This document shows positions 28,446-41,466 of a stretch of 64,000 nt of DNA, in pieces (the first letter of the stretch is position 1; each line of letters starts with the position of its first letter). A program made the position numbers and the translations under genes. Origin of the DNA: Octopus vulgaris. Its lineage: Eukaryota. Below the pieces are notes generated by a model. It saw nothing but the letters and a program-made list of their open reading frames with translations. It had not been told where the DNA came from and searched no databases. Location: the NCBI GenBank assembly GCA_951406725.2, contig OX597829.1:47492001-47556000 (forward strand). The letters run 5' to 3'.

Positions 28446-29089
28446 ATTCAAATCACGCTTTCATACACAAAACGCGTACACATATATACACAATTACACA
28501 TCTACCGCACGCGCTCACACACACATATTTACACATTCACACACAGACCTTTCGTACACTACTTGACAGGGGTGGGAGGTTCCAGACACCTATAGTAACA
28601 TCTATAACGAGAATGTGAAAGATTGATAACAAGAATATCTGCGAAACGACATTAGTAAACTCCCTGACAGCGTGAGTTTTACATAAATTTATCATTGTAT
28701 CATAAAGACGTCTACAGGAACCCTGCTGAGCATTTTATAAATATCTATTTCCTACTACAAATGTGTTACTGCCTGTGTGTTTTATATATAAGTTCTTGTG
28801 TGTCTCTCTGTTCTTGTTTGTTTCTTTGTTTGTACACAGTAAATACATAGTTAGGAATTTGAAATGAATTAATATGAACTCGGTGATACGTAAGCAAATA
28901 CAGTACTGAAAAATCCAATGTGAATCGAACCGTGTACTTTCCAGCTGTGTTTTTTTAAAAGAGATTGGTGATCTTTGGTTGTTGTGCGTAAAAACCACCC
29001 TCTTAATTTTTTTTATTTTATTTTATTCTATTCTATGTATATATATCAGCTATCATTGTTTTTCAAGGAGCAAATATTATCTTTATAAA

Positions 29090-29354
29090 TATATATATAT
29101 ATATGTGTGTGTGTGTGTATTTGTGTATATATATATAAATAATTATGTGTATATATATGTGTGTGTGTGTGTATTTGTGTATATATATATATAAATAATT
29201 ATGTGTATATATATATATATATATAATTATGTGTATATATATGTATATATATATAATTATATGTGTATATATATGTGTATATATGTATAATTATGTGTAT
29301 ATATATGTATATATATGTATATATATGTATATATATGTATATATATATATATAT

Positions 29355-29439
<85 letters not shown>

Positions 29440-29460
29440 CTATCTACCTATCTGTCTATC

Positions 29461-29539
<79 letters not shown>

Positions 29540-29566
29540 CTATCTACCTATCTGTCTATCTATATA

Positions 29567-29597
<31 letters not shown>

Positions 29598-29616
29598 CTA
29601 TCTACCTATCTGTCTA

Positions 29617-29657
<41 letters not shown>

Positions 29658-29674
29658 ATCTACCTATCTGTCTA

Positions 29675-29727
<53 letters not shown>
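29090..29727. repeat. Compound (TA)n satellite with a higher-order unit
   Basis: tctatctacctatctgtctatcta is repeated four times, separated by (TA)n of variable length. Confidence 0.9.
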
Positions 29728-29731
<4 letters not shown>

Positions 29732-30869
29732 ATCTTTAAAATAAATACTTTACGCCCGTTCTCCGTAATGTAGACTATATCCTTTTGTTGGCTTGAGCAT
29801 AGACTTGAAGGTAATTAATTATACAGTAGAGATTTCTATGTAAATTGATATTATCAGATAAGAGAGCTTCTGCATGACCTATTTGAAATAGCAGCCAAAT
29901 CACGAACAATTTCATATTCTAGTCTTAATGAAGCTGTAAGCCGTAATTGTTAAAATATTGTCTAAAGGAAAACAGATTTTTAAGAATAAAGGGGTCGTAA
30001 CGTTAATACCCTTATAGCGGCACAAGTAGGTAGTGCCATATTGGATGAGATCTCGCGGCAGCCATTGCCATCTTCGAGACTGTAGCGAGACCTCACATGC
30101 ATTCCATTTGACATGCGCGAGATCACAACGAGGCTCATGATGGAAAACTCTCTATAAAGGGAAAACTCGATTCAAATTTCTTTCTTTTTGGCCCCCACTT
30201 TGTGAACACCACCACTGGCTGGACCTGTCTATATATTGTATCTCCAGAGGCAATGTGCCCGCATTAACGGAGCTACATAACACAATGCACACAGCTAAAG
30301 ATGGTTGCTGAGAGCAGTACACTTCACCTATCCTGTAAAAACCTGTAAATAAACCAGTTGTAAATAGCATTTATACCTGAAGTCTTTTCTCTCTTCGACT
30401 AAAGGGAGTTTGAATTACACGAAGAACAAAAAGATGATGGAAGGAGATGATATTCTTCCGATATCGTAAACCTTGCCTTCCATTACAAAACCCTTGATCA
30501 AAAGGTTTCTGGCTTTTCAGATTGACCGAAATTAGGAAACATTCAAAGGCCTTCCAGCAGTAATCTTCCTTTCTCTTTTTATGTCATGCACTGCTATGTC
30601 CATTTACATTTTAAGACAGTAGGATGTGATTTGAGAATTTTGTCCGTTGTCTAAGCAGGTCGACGGATAGAACAACGAATCATTCGCTGGTGTATTGAAT
30701 GGAAGGATGTAATACGAAATTTTCATGAGATTTAGCTGCTATTTCAATCACATCTATTTAAGGACATCCTTATAGTGTAACTTGAGGGAGATTCGACTGC
30801 CACTCTTTTGCTGTCAGGACCGCACAGAGGCTCTTTACCTGAGTAAATATGGTTGAAACTACTGAAGCT

Positions 30870-30901
<32 letters not shown>

Positions 30902-31890
30902 TGTGCGTGCATGAGGGTGTACGCCGGTTTCTCTTACTGCTCGACAAAGGAGTTGATTTATTTTAACATAGCGGTTTGACAAAAATTTTGTGTGTGTGTG
31001 TGAGTTTATTCTTAGACAAAAATATTGTTGCGGTAAAATATAGTTTGGTATGCATCAAGACCATAAAACACAATCAAAGTCATAGCATCTAATCAAGTAG
31101 ACGTTACCATCTGCACCAGTTGCTTCCATTTGGCCTGCTACCATCAACGTCGGTGCTGTGGAGATCGCAACTTATTTCTTCCACGCTTCGCTTGAATGAA
31201 ATGCTGACATGCCACCACCTGAACACATTCGCACTTAACTTGTATATATACAATTTATTGGTAATCCAAATACTTCCTTGAAGTCTATCCGCCCTATGAC
31301 AGGCTTTGTTTTTCATCATACAGGATGCCCAAAATAATCTCCCTCGCTGAGCAAACCTTTTGTCAAGCTGCCAGTTTAGTCGCCGGCGTCCCAACTATGA
31401 AACAGGTTGTACTAGGTTACATATCACCTGTAGTGCGCACTCTACTCGCACACACCCATATATACAATGTGTATGCTACAAACAAACAACATTGTAGGGA
31501 AAACACTTCATAACTAGCAAGTGGGAAGCAGCGCTGTCGTTTTTTTGACACTTCAATGTACGTCAATTGACCTAGCCATACGTCAAAATCTGTATCATTC
31601 TTGTCAGGAAAAAAATTTAATATTTCGCTAATAATCCATCATGCAAATTATATTAAATATTTTGCATTCTTTGGTTTTCATATAACATGGGTTGTTTGCA
31701 CTGAAAATGTTTTTTACGTTATTTATGTCAAAGAGAGGACATCGACGTGGTCGTTCTGTCCGCTAGAAATAGCGGCGAAATGTACTTCAAATATGTCTCT
31801 AACATATTAAACGCAGGCTTGACAGATTGAATAATGAAGTATGATGTACACTGTAGCTCCTGAGAGCAAAAAAAGAAAGAAATGATGGAA

Positions 31891-32262
31891 TGCAGGAGTG
31901 GCTGTGTGGTAAGTAGCTTGCTAACCAACCACACGGTTGCGGGTTCAGTCCCACTGCGTGGCATCTTGGGCAAGTGTCTTCTGCTATAGCCTCGGGCCGA
32001 CCAATGCCTTGTAAGTGGATTTGGTAGACGGAAACTGAAAGAAGCCTGTCGTATATATGTATATATATCTATATGTGTGTGTGTGTTTGTGTGTCTGTGT
32101 TTGTCCCCCTAGCATTGCTTGACAACCGATGCTGGTGTGTTTATGTCCCCGTCACTTAGCGGTTCAGCAAAAAGAGACCGATAGAATAAGTACTAACGGT
32201 GGTGCTCCAGCATGGCCGCAGTCAAATGACTGAAACAAGTAAAAGAGTAAAAGAGAAAAGAG
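31891..32262 (+). mobile_element. SINE family A (internal deletion)
   Basis: Head and tail are present; about 45 bp are missing after gaataagtact. Confidence 0.85.
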
Positions 32263-32930
32263 TATATATATATATATATACATATACATGCACACACACG
32301 ATTGAGTAAAATACACGGGTTCGATTGCGGGTATGGTTTCACTGAATAATTTGTTCTTATGTTCTCTATACTTATGAAAAAGAAGAGATGACTGGAATTA
32401 ATGCTTTTATCGTTGTTTTGCTCAGTACAAAACAACTTGTGTAGATTCGACCCAACGAGCCCCCACCCCCACCCTACCTCCACCACCACCATCACTCCCT
32501 TTTGGTTGCTCAATATGCTAAAAATCGCTAACACTCATCTCTCAGATCATAAATTCTTATCTTAAAATAATGGACTTACATAAATAAATAAATAAATAAA
32601 TAAAAAAAAAGATGGGATAGTCTTTGATGGAACACCTGTGTTCATATTGTCCGCTCCATTGGAACTGATCTGGAGGGTTAAGCGATATCGAAAAGAAATA
32701 GCAAATGCAAATTTAAACTTATTTGAAAAAACAGACTTGTGTGAGAATATATTCTTCTGTAACAAAAATGTGACATCTGTTCGTTTGGAGAAAGCAGACG
32801 ACACTGTCAGTCCATGTATTGGTTATATTTATAAAGAAAATTTACGTTTGTTTTGAGTAATTATATTGTTATCTCAAATTTACCATTTAAAAGGAAAGTA
32901 ACATATTTAACAGAAAGTTAGATGGAATAC

Positions 32931-33343
32931 CTTTTACGCTTTTATTTGTTTCAGTCATTCGACAGTGGCCATGCTGGAGCACCGCTTTTTAGTCGAGTAA
33001 ATCGACCCCAGGACTTATTCTTCGTAAGCCAAGTACTTATTCTATCGGTCTATTTGGTCGAACCGCTAAGCTTCGGAGACGTAAACACACCAGCATCGGT
33101 TGTGAAACAATGTTGGGGGACAAACACAGACACACAAACATATACACACACACATACATATATATATAAATACATATATACGACGGGATTCTTTCAGTTC
33201 CCGTCTAACAAATCCACTTACAAGGATTTGGTTGGCTCGAGGCTATAGTAGAAGACACTTGCCCAAGGTGCCACTAGTGGGACTGAACCCGGAACCATGT
33301 GGTTCGTAAGCAAGCTACTTACCACACAGCCACTACTGTGCCT
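32931..33343 (-). mobile_element. SINE family A
   Basis: Full-length reverse copy. Confidence 0.85.
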
Positions 33344-34150
33344 ATGTTTATAAATAAACCATGCGTGTATGCAAAGAAAAAAAATTTGAAGAGAGCCATG
33401 TTGGTTAATGAAGCTTCTGAGTTCTATTAGGCTTCAAAGGTGCCGTGGAGCATTTTAGAGTAGACTAATTAACTAAGTAAAGTCTGTAATGACTTTATTC
33501 TGATTTTCTGTGTTTTAGATATTGGCTATCGTTGTGATCTACTTTAACGATGCTAGAAAAAGTGATTGGATAATTTGCTGCATTAGGATTAGACCAGACA
33601 CAGGATTTTTGCATTCTTAATCAAGCTACTTGGTCAAACTATTTGTGTAAATGCATGTATATAGTGTGTGTATATGTGTGTTTGTGATATATGTGTATGT
33701 AATATGTATCTGTGTAATATATATGAGTGTGTGTTTGTCGTCCGTTTTTTGTTCTGAGTTCAAATGCTACCGGAGTTGACTTTGCCTTTCTTTCTTTCTT
33801 TCTCTATTTCTTTCTTTCTTTCTTTCTTTCTCTCTTTCTCTCTTTCTTTCTCTCTTTCTCTTTTTCTATCGTTCTCTCTTTCTTTCTTTCTTGGTCGATA
33901 AAATGAGTACCAGTCGAACACTTGCGTCAGAAAAATGATTTATTCTCCCCACCACCACCATCACACACCAATGTTATGCCAAAATTTGAAACCAATATAT
34001 ATATATGTGTATGTAACATGTCTGTGTATTTAACACGTGTGTGTATGTACCGCATATGCGAGGTGTATGTAATATGGTACATAATATTGTTTTGTGTGTG
34101 TATGAGGCTTGTGTAAATATGTATATATATGTATGCATATATGTATGCAT

Positions 34151-34560
34151 AGGCGCAGGAGTGGCTGTGTGGTAAGTAGCTTGTTTACCAACCACATGGT
34201 TCCGGGTTCAGTCCCACTGCGTGGCATCTTGGGCAAGTGTCTTCTGCTATAGCCCCGGGCCGACCAATGCCTTGTGAGTGGATTTGGTAGACGGAAACTG
34301 AAAGAAGCCTGTCGTATATATGTATATCTATATGTATGTGTGTATGTGTGTGTTTCTGTGTTTGTACCCCTAGCATTGCTTGACAACCGATGCTGGTGTG
34401 CTTACGTCCCCGTCACTTAGCGGTTCGGCAAAAAGAGAACGATAGAGTAAGTACTGGGTTTTAAAAAAAGAATAAATCCCGGGGTCGATTTGCTCGACTA
34501 AAGGCGGTGCTCCAGCATGGCCGCAGTCAAATGACTGAAACAAGTAAAAGAGTAAAGAGT
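34151..34560 (+). mobile_element. SINE family A
   Basis: Full-length copy. Confidence 0.88.
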
Positions 34561-35383
34561 ATATGTTTGTATGGCTGGATGGATTCAAAAACAAGATATT
34601 TTATCCCAGATGATTAAATCTAGTCAATGACGTCCAACGTACTTGAAAATATAGCATTATGAAGCAGAAATTATTAAGTTCTAGCTTATCAGTTACGTTT
34701 ACTTAAATCTTCAGGGTTACGTTCATGCTAAAGCATATGTGGAGCACTTGATAATTGAATTCGATTTCTTTTTTGTTTGCCGATGACGTCTTCTTTACAG
34801 CACGCTTTTCATTTCTTTCCGCCCTTTTTATTTACTCATATATGTATCTGTATAAAGAAAGAACTATTTTGTAAAGCGAATAAAGAGCAAGAGAATGAGG
34901 ATTTGAGTTTCTAAGTGTCCGTGCATTCTCTCGCATTACTGCTTTTAACAATATTATACCGACCTTCAAAAAACATATGCTTTGCCTCGGTGATAAATTA
35001 CCACCGAAGCATAGCGTATGGCCTCAGAAAATATTAATATACGATTGTTTATGCTAATTATGTACATGGCGACGTATCTTTATGTGTATATTAATATTCA
35101 TAATGTTTTGTATATAAGTTAATGTTTATAATATTGTTATGTATATGTTAAATATTTATAATACGGTTATGCATATGTTAATGAAGAGAATAACTATTGG
35201 TATTGTTCATAAATTCCTTATTGCCACAAAGATAGCAAAAGAATAATTATACTGTAGCACAAAAGATGCCCTTGAACAAGTAGTTATGGAATTAAGGTGT
35301 GTGTCTTTGTGAAAGAGAGAAAGACAGAGACCATGAAATTTATTTAAGAATGAACATGCAAATTCCTCCGAGCACCCTCAACC

Positions 35384-35609
35384 CTGGCAGAAACGTTAGC
35401 ACGCCGGGCGAAATGCTTAGCGGTATTTCGTCTGCGTTACGTTGCGAGTTCAAATTCCGCCGAGGTCAACTTTGCCTTTCATCCTTTCGGGGTCGATAAA
35501 TTAAGTACCAGTTACGCACTGGGGTCGATGTAATCGACTTAATCCGTTTGTCTGTCCTTGTTTGTTCCCTCTGTGTTTAGCCCCTTGTGGGTAATAAAGA
35601 AATAAGTAT
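35384..35609 (+). mobile_element. SINE family B
   Basis: Near full-length copy. Confidence 0.85.
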
Positions 35610-36026
35610 TTCTTCCGGTTCTAGATTCGAAGAAAAACTAAAAGATTGAATTCTTTATGCATCTGTCTTTTAAAAAGCTACCTGCGGTCGGAACCTGCTT
35701 GTCAGCTTCATCTTTTATTGTAGCAACCAGACGAGACGAGACGAAGACTTATTAACGTCTTTATCACAGGAAGTAGCAAAGCAATTTTTCGTAATGGATT
35801 CAGTTGATAGTCAGGCCGGCTCTTAATATGACAGTCGCTGTCTGGTCTAATCCTTTAAGTAGACATTTCGTCAGACTAATTGCATACCAAATACTTGTTT
35901 ATCCTAAACACATGCCAACAAAGGAGCGTCTACGTCGTCACTCGATTTACTAGAAATATCAGCCAAATCTCTATCGGAACCCATACTACCAACCGTGGTT
36001 CTCACTCGCTGCTTAACCATTCAACA

Positions 36027-36515
36027 CAGTTAGTTAGTTAATTTGGCTCAAAAGCAAATAGCAAGGCCATGTAGGGGGACATGGAGTTATGTACAGGGAG
36101 GGTGTTCATGTAAAGAGTTCGGGCCACTTGAGGTCAAGGGAGACTTTGAACAAAGCGGTCGTCGGCATCTTCACCATCTCGTCTGGCAGCTTGTTCCACG
36201 GATCCGCAACCCGGACGGAGAAAGCTCCTCTCCTTCGATTGAGATGAAATCGTCGCAGGTAGAGCTTTTCGGAATGACCCCCGCAGCCGACGCTCCGGAG
36301 CAGGAGTGAAGAACAGCTCTTTCGAGAGGTTACACTTTCCGCTTATGATGTTGTGAGCGAGAATGAGATCACCACGGCGGCGGCGTTTTTCTAGAGAATA
36401 AAGGTCGAGCGTCCTCAGCCTTTCTTCATAGGACAAATTTTTGAGACCATGAACCATGCGGGTAGCCAGCTACTGGACTCTTTCGAGATGCTGTATGTCT
36501 TTGAGGAGATAAGAA
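36027..36515 (-). mobile_element. CR1-clade LINE, 5'-truncated ORF2 C-terminus plus 3' tail
   Basis: Translates [45 protein letters not shown]..., then after a frameshift RGAFSVRVADPWNKLPDEMV...FKVSLD, a typical CR1 ORF2 end. Ends in a (TAAC)n tail at 36027-36040. Confidence 0.9.
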
Positions 36516-36786
36516 CTATACATATCCCCTATGATGGTTAAGTATACGAATCACCAATGCTGCCTAAACTGTCTTGACACTGAAGAAACTTTTAATTTAA
36601 ATCATTTGTTATTTCCATGAAGATATGCCACATGAAACACGTTTTAATTACTTGGCATTTTTATGAAAATATTAAAGTGGTGACCTAGTGAAATCGTTAG
36701 CACGCCAAACAAAATGCTTAGCAAAATGCTCTGCGTTCAAACCACATTGAGGTCAGCTTTGCCTTTCATCTTTTAGGATCGATAAA

Positions 36787-37209
36787 ATACCTATTTCTTT
36801 ACTACCCACAGGGGGCTAAACACAGAGGAGACAAACAAGGACAGACAGACGGATTAAGTCGATTATATCGACCCCAGTGCGTAACTGGTACTTAATTTAT
36901 CGACCCCGAAAGGATGAAAGGCAAAGTCGACCTTGGCGGAATTTGAACTCAGAACGTAGCGGCAGACGAAATACCTATTTCTTTACTACCCACAAGGGGC
37001 TAAACACAGAGGGGGACAAACAAGGACAGACATAGGTATTAAGTCGATTACATCGACCCCAGTGCGTAACTGGTACTTAATTTATCGACCCCGAAAGGAT
37101 GAAGGGCAAAGTCGACCTCGGCGGAATTTGAACTCACAACGTAACGACAGACGAAATACCGCTAAGCATTTCATCCGGCCTGCTAACGTTTCTGCCAGCT
37201 CGCAGCCTT
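36787..37209 (-). mobile_element. SINE family B head-to-tail dimer
   Basis: Two units joined at gacgaaatacc|tatttcttt (about 36975), flanked by tcgataaaatacc repeats. Confidence 0.85.
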
Positions 37210-37721
37210 ACCGATAAAATCGATAAGATCGATAAAATACCGTCAGAGTACTGAACCCAATGTAAATTGACTAATAAGTTCCCCTAAAATTTGAAAGCAT
37301 AATTATAAAAAGGGACGAGCTGCCAGGATTGTTAGCTCGTTCGGAAAAATGCTTAGTGGCATCTCATCTACTGAGGTCGAATTTGCCTTTCATTTTTCAG
37401 AGGTCGATAAAACAAGTACCAGTTGAATATTGGGGTCCATGTAATCGAGTAATATTCTCCTCCGAAATTACTGATCATGCACCAAAATTTGAATCCATTA
37501 TTAGAATTAGAATTAAGGCGGAATGCTGGCAAAATGGTTCGCATGTCGGGTGAAATGCTTAGCAGCATTTCATCCGTCCTCATGTTCTGGGTTCAAATTC
37601 TCCTAAGGACGACCTTGCCTTTCATCCTTCCGGAGTCGATTCTAACACTTATATTATTCCCTGAAATCATCTTTCTGTTACGCTGGAATCTACGGCTACT
37701 TTTCAATAGACTTCAGAATAA

Positions 37722-37892
37722 ATATGAACCATATAAAAATATTCACATCTAAAATATCGAACCTTCAAAACAATATTTATAGATATCGTCTACTTTGATG
37801 ACAATTTGTCTTCAGATAATGAAAATCTGCTGAATATACTGAGATGAATTCACTTCAGCTATACAATCCGACATACATTTCTTAGTTTCTTG
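37722..37892 (+). repeat. About 170-bp dispersed direct repeat; partner at 40598-40762
   Basis: atgaaccatata...caatatttat..atatcgtc.actttga.gacaat.tgtctt.agataatgaaaatct...ctgagatgaattcactt...tttcttagtttctt is present at both sites. Confidence 0.8.
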
Positions 37893-38430
37893 ACAAAATC
37901 GTTGGGGTGCATAGCAAACCTTGCAGTATTTATTCGGTTTAAAATCTTACCGATTTTATCTTGACCAATCATCCATCTTCTTTCCAGTTTAAATGACTAT
38001 TTATCTTATCAACTAGCTCCTTCCCACGAAATTTGTGGAATTTTCCCAACATTGGAAAAACTTATGGGCGGTATTTCTTCATGCCTTTAAGCGTTCAACT
38101 CTCGACTGTTTTTTCATCCTTCTGAGGTCGATAAAATAAAACACCAACCACGCAGTGGGGGTTCTATATTATCGACCAAACCCCTATCATGTGAATTTCT
38201 GACGCAAAAAAGCTCCTTTGTCGGCACATGTTTAGAATAAGCTAGTCTTCGGTATTCAGTTAGTCTGAAATTATGATTTATGAGTTACTATTTATGACTT
38301 ATTTATTTTGAAAATGCATAATAAAATAACTGTCTCCTTTTTGTTATACTTTTTTCTTTCGTTTCTTTTACGTTTTAATTTTGCCAGTCTTCATTTTTTT
38401 AAAATCACAATTTTATTTATTTATTGGCAG

Positions 38431-38464
38431 GTCTTAAACTTCAGGAGATAATAAATGAAATCAA
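38431..38464 (+). CDS. INF2: Inverted formin 34-bp microexon (DID)
   Basis: ttggcag|GTCTTAAACTTCAGGAGATAATAAATGAAATCAA|gtatgt, phase 1 to 2. Gives (G)LKLQEIINEI(K), equivalent to INF2 GLQLLDVLARLR, and joins both neighbouring exons in frame. Confidence 0.85.
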
Positions 38465-38689
38465 GTATGTACACCGCTCATTTATATTTTAATTATTCTG
38501 TTTTATTTCTCGAAATATGTTCCGTTATATATTTACTCTCCTTGTTACCGGTGAAATTAAAGAGTATATTAGAATAAGACGCCACATTCAGTCACGTGAA
38601 ATCCGTTACTAGTTTCATTCTCAATTTTAGTTAACCAGGTTAGCATCAATGTCTTTTGGATGAAAGATTTAAAAAAAAAAACAAAACAT

Positions 38690-39497
38690 AGTCGCAGGAG
38701 TGGCTGTGTGGTAAGTAGCTTGCTAACCAACCACATGGTTCCGGGTTCAGTCCCACTGCGTGGCATCTTGGGCAAGTGTCTTCTGCTATAGCCCCGGGCC
38801 GACCAATGCCTTGTGAGTGGATTTGGTAGACGGAAACTGAAAGAAGCCCGTCGTATATATGTACATATATATATATATATGTGTATGTGTGTGTTTGTAT
38901 GTTTGTCCCCCTAGCATTGCTTGACAACCGATGCTGGTGTGTTTACGTCCCCGTCACTTAGCGGTTCGGCAAAAGAGACCGATAGAATAAGTACTGGGCT
39001 TACAAAGAATAAGTCCCGGGGTCGATTTGCTCGACTAAAGGCGGTGCTCCAGCATGGCCGCAGTCAAATGACTGAAACAAGTAAAAGAGTAAAAGAGATA
39101 TATGGTCCCGGGTCCTACTATAGCCTCGGGCTGACCAAAGCCTTATGAGTGGAGTTGGTAAACGAAAACTAAAAAAGGCTCGTCATATATATACGTCCCC
39201 GTAACTAAGCGATTAGGCAAAAGAGACCGATAGAATAAGTACTAGGCTTACAAAGAATAAGTCCTAGGGTCGATTTGTTCGACTGAAGGTGGTGCACCAG
39301 CATGGCCGCAGTCAAATGACTGAAACAAAATAATAAAAGACTATATTTCCCAAAGTCGTAGATGTGGTTGTGTGGTAAGAAGCTTGCTTCCCAACCTCAT
39401 GGATCTGGGTTCAGTCCCACTGCGCGGCACCTTGAGCACCTTGGGCCAACCAAAGCCTTTGTGAGTAGATTTGGTAGACGGAAACTGAAAGAAGCTC

Positions 39498-39537
<40 letters not shown>

Positions 39538-39700
39538 TGTGTAACAACTGGCGTTGGTTTGTTTACGTTCCCATAACTTAGCAGTCTGGCTAAAAGTCAG
39601 CCGGCAGAATAAGTACCCAGCTGAGGAAACAAATAATTGCTTGGGTTGATTCCCCGGCATGGCTGCAGTCAAAATGACTGAAAGGAGTAAGAGATAACAG
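38690..39700 (+). mobile_element. Cluster of three tandem SINE-A copies (one full, two partial)
   Basis: Full copy at 38690-39097, partial at about 39105-39340, degenerate at about 39358-39700. Confidence 0.82.
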
Positions 39701-40037
39701 CCTTCGGAAATCATTCTCATATGGACATAAGATTAGGCTACGACACGATCCCAGATAACAGTAGAGATTGGCCGCTGTTATCTTGTCACCGTTTCTGTAA
39801 ATAGTATAAAGCAGTTACTCTAGCAGCAAGGAGTGACAGAGCTTTAGAATAGCCATGTGGCTTTAAGATATCTCAAATTAAGGCGATAATCCGCTACTAC
39901 TGCTTCATCTCATTCGTTAATTATTTATATATCTACCAGCAACTTCTTTGTTTTCTACAGATGTGTGTACGCTTGTAAATGCCTCAATATAAGTTTTCGA
40001 AACGCATGGTTGTGATAATTTACATTATGCTCTAGAC

Positions 40038-40386
40038 AAGTGGTTCTCAACCGGGTTCATATGGCACCTAGGGGTCCTCATAAGATTTTTGGGTGTCCAC
40101 GTAACAATAGTATCTTAACTGGAGATCCACAATAGTATCTTAAGGGCCCCTGAAAAAAATTGTTTTAGATGTATGTGTTGGTATGTATTGGAGAAAACAG
40201 CGAGGTTTATTTCTCTAATATTTTACATAGATCAACCTACACAAGTTAATGTGTGAAAAACAAAAGAGGAATTTTAAAAGAAGTTTCTCTAAAACTAGTT
40301 TTTAAACATAGAATGGCTATGGAGGTCCACCAGAATAAAATAGTAATGAAAGGAGTCCATTGAGAGAAAATGGTTGAGAACCCTTT
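40038..40386. mobile_element. hAT/Charlie-type MITE
   Basis: TIRs aagtggttctcaacc and ggttgagaacccttt, with an 8-bp TSD ctctagac at 40030-40037 and 40387-40394. Confidence 0.8.
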
Positions 40387-40811
40387 CTCTAGACCTGTGT
40401 GATATTACGGGTTGCTAAAATTATATAAGAATTCCTTTCTTTACAAGCTATTTTTGCTCTGTTCTCAGAACATCGCATATAATCACACTCAAAGCTATTC
40501 AAAACAGGAGTTGGGGGTTAGTTGGAAAACTTGACCTTAATATATTACAAGTACGATTTTCGTATAAGCAAGGTGAATTTGCGCTAGTAATATAAGCATG
40601 AACCATATAGACCCGCGTCTAAAATATTGAAGCTTCCAAACAATATTTATAAATATCGTCAACTTTGACGACAATCTGTCTTGAGATAATGAAAATCTAC
40701 TGAAATACACTGAGATGAATTCACTTAAGCCATACAATCCGACGTCCATTTCTTAGTTTCTTAATTCCAAGGAAAGCTTCCTCATCTCCGCCGTTTAATT
40801 TTGATTACATA

Positions 40812-41207
40812 CTAGCAGTATCGCCCGGCGTTGCTCGGGTTTGTAAGGGAAATAACTATATAAGCATTTTTAGAGTTATAGCAAAAAAATAGCAAAAAAA
40901 TGCATTAAAAATGGGAAAAAAATGATGGTAAATTTTTTTTTAAATCGTCGACTCATCGTAGACATTTTTAGAGAGTTACTTCCCTTATATAATAGCGAAA
41001 AAATGCATTAAAATGGAAAAAAATGATGGTAAATTATTTTTAAAATCGTAGACTCATCGTAGACGCGCGCTAATACCCAGAAGGGCTCGATATGAATCAC
41101 GACTATAAGATACCCGGTTTTGGTTAAACTGCACCGCAAAATGTGGGAGTAGTTAGGAATCTAAATCGTAGGAGACAGACACACAACTTCACTTTTATAT
41201 ATAAAGA
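40812..41207 (-). mobile_element. Non-autonomous Helitron, copy 2
   Basis: Reverse complement of 18247-18652 with intact TC...CTAG termini in an A|T site. Confidence 0.85.
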
Positions 41208-41321
41208 TTTCATCTACCTATCTACATAGTAAATATGTCTAATATTTTCTTTGCTTACACGCTTTGTTTATGATTTACATTCATTTATCATTTCATATAT
41301 TTAACTAATGAAAAATTAAAG

Positions 41322-41466
41322 AGAGGACAAGAATGCAGATAATGATGTGTTGGTACAAATTGAGCTGTTTTTGGAAAATTTAGCGAAGGATGATGAACTG
41401 TTGCCAGGAACCAAACAGGTGGATCTTAACAGTGCCTTGGATATTTTCTATGCCATCTATAAACAG
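41322..41466 (+). CDS. INF2: Inverted formin coding exon (DID C-terminus / dimerisation region)
   Basis: aaag|A GAG GAC AAG...TAT AAA CAG|gtacgt. Translates EDKNADNDVLVQIELFLENLAKDDELLPGTKQVDLNSALDIFYAIYKQ, similar to INF2 [20 protein letters not shown]....VDMSSHQEVFASLFHK. The acceptor has a weak pyrimidine tract, so the 5' boundary was chosen by phase. Confidence 0.85.

Noticed and set aside
29439-29680. CRISPR-like repeat-spacer array
   Set aside because: The spacers are plain (TA)n, the context is eukaryotic, and there are no cas genes.
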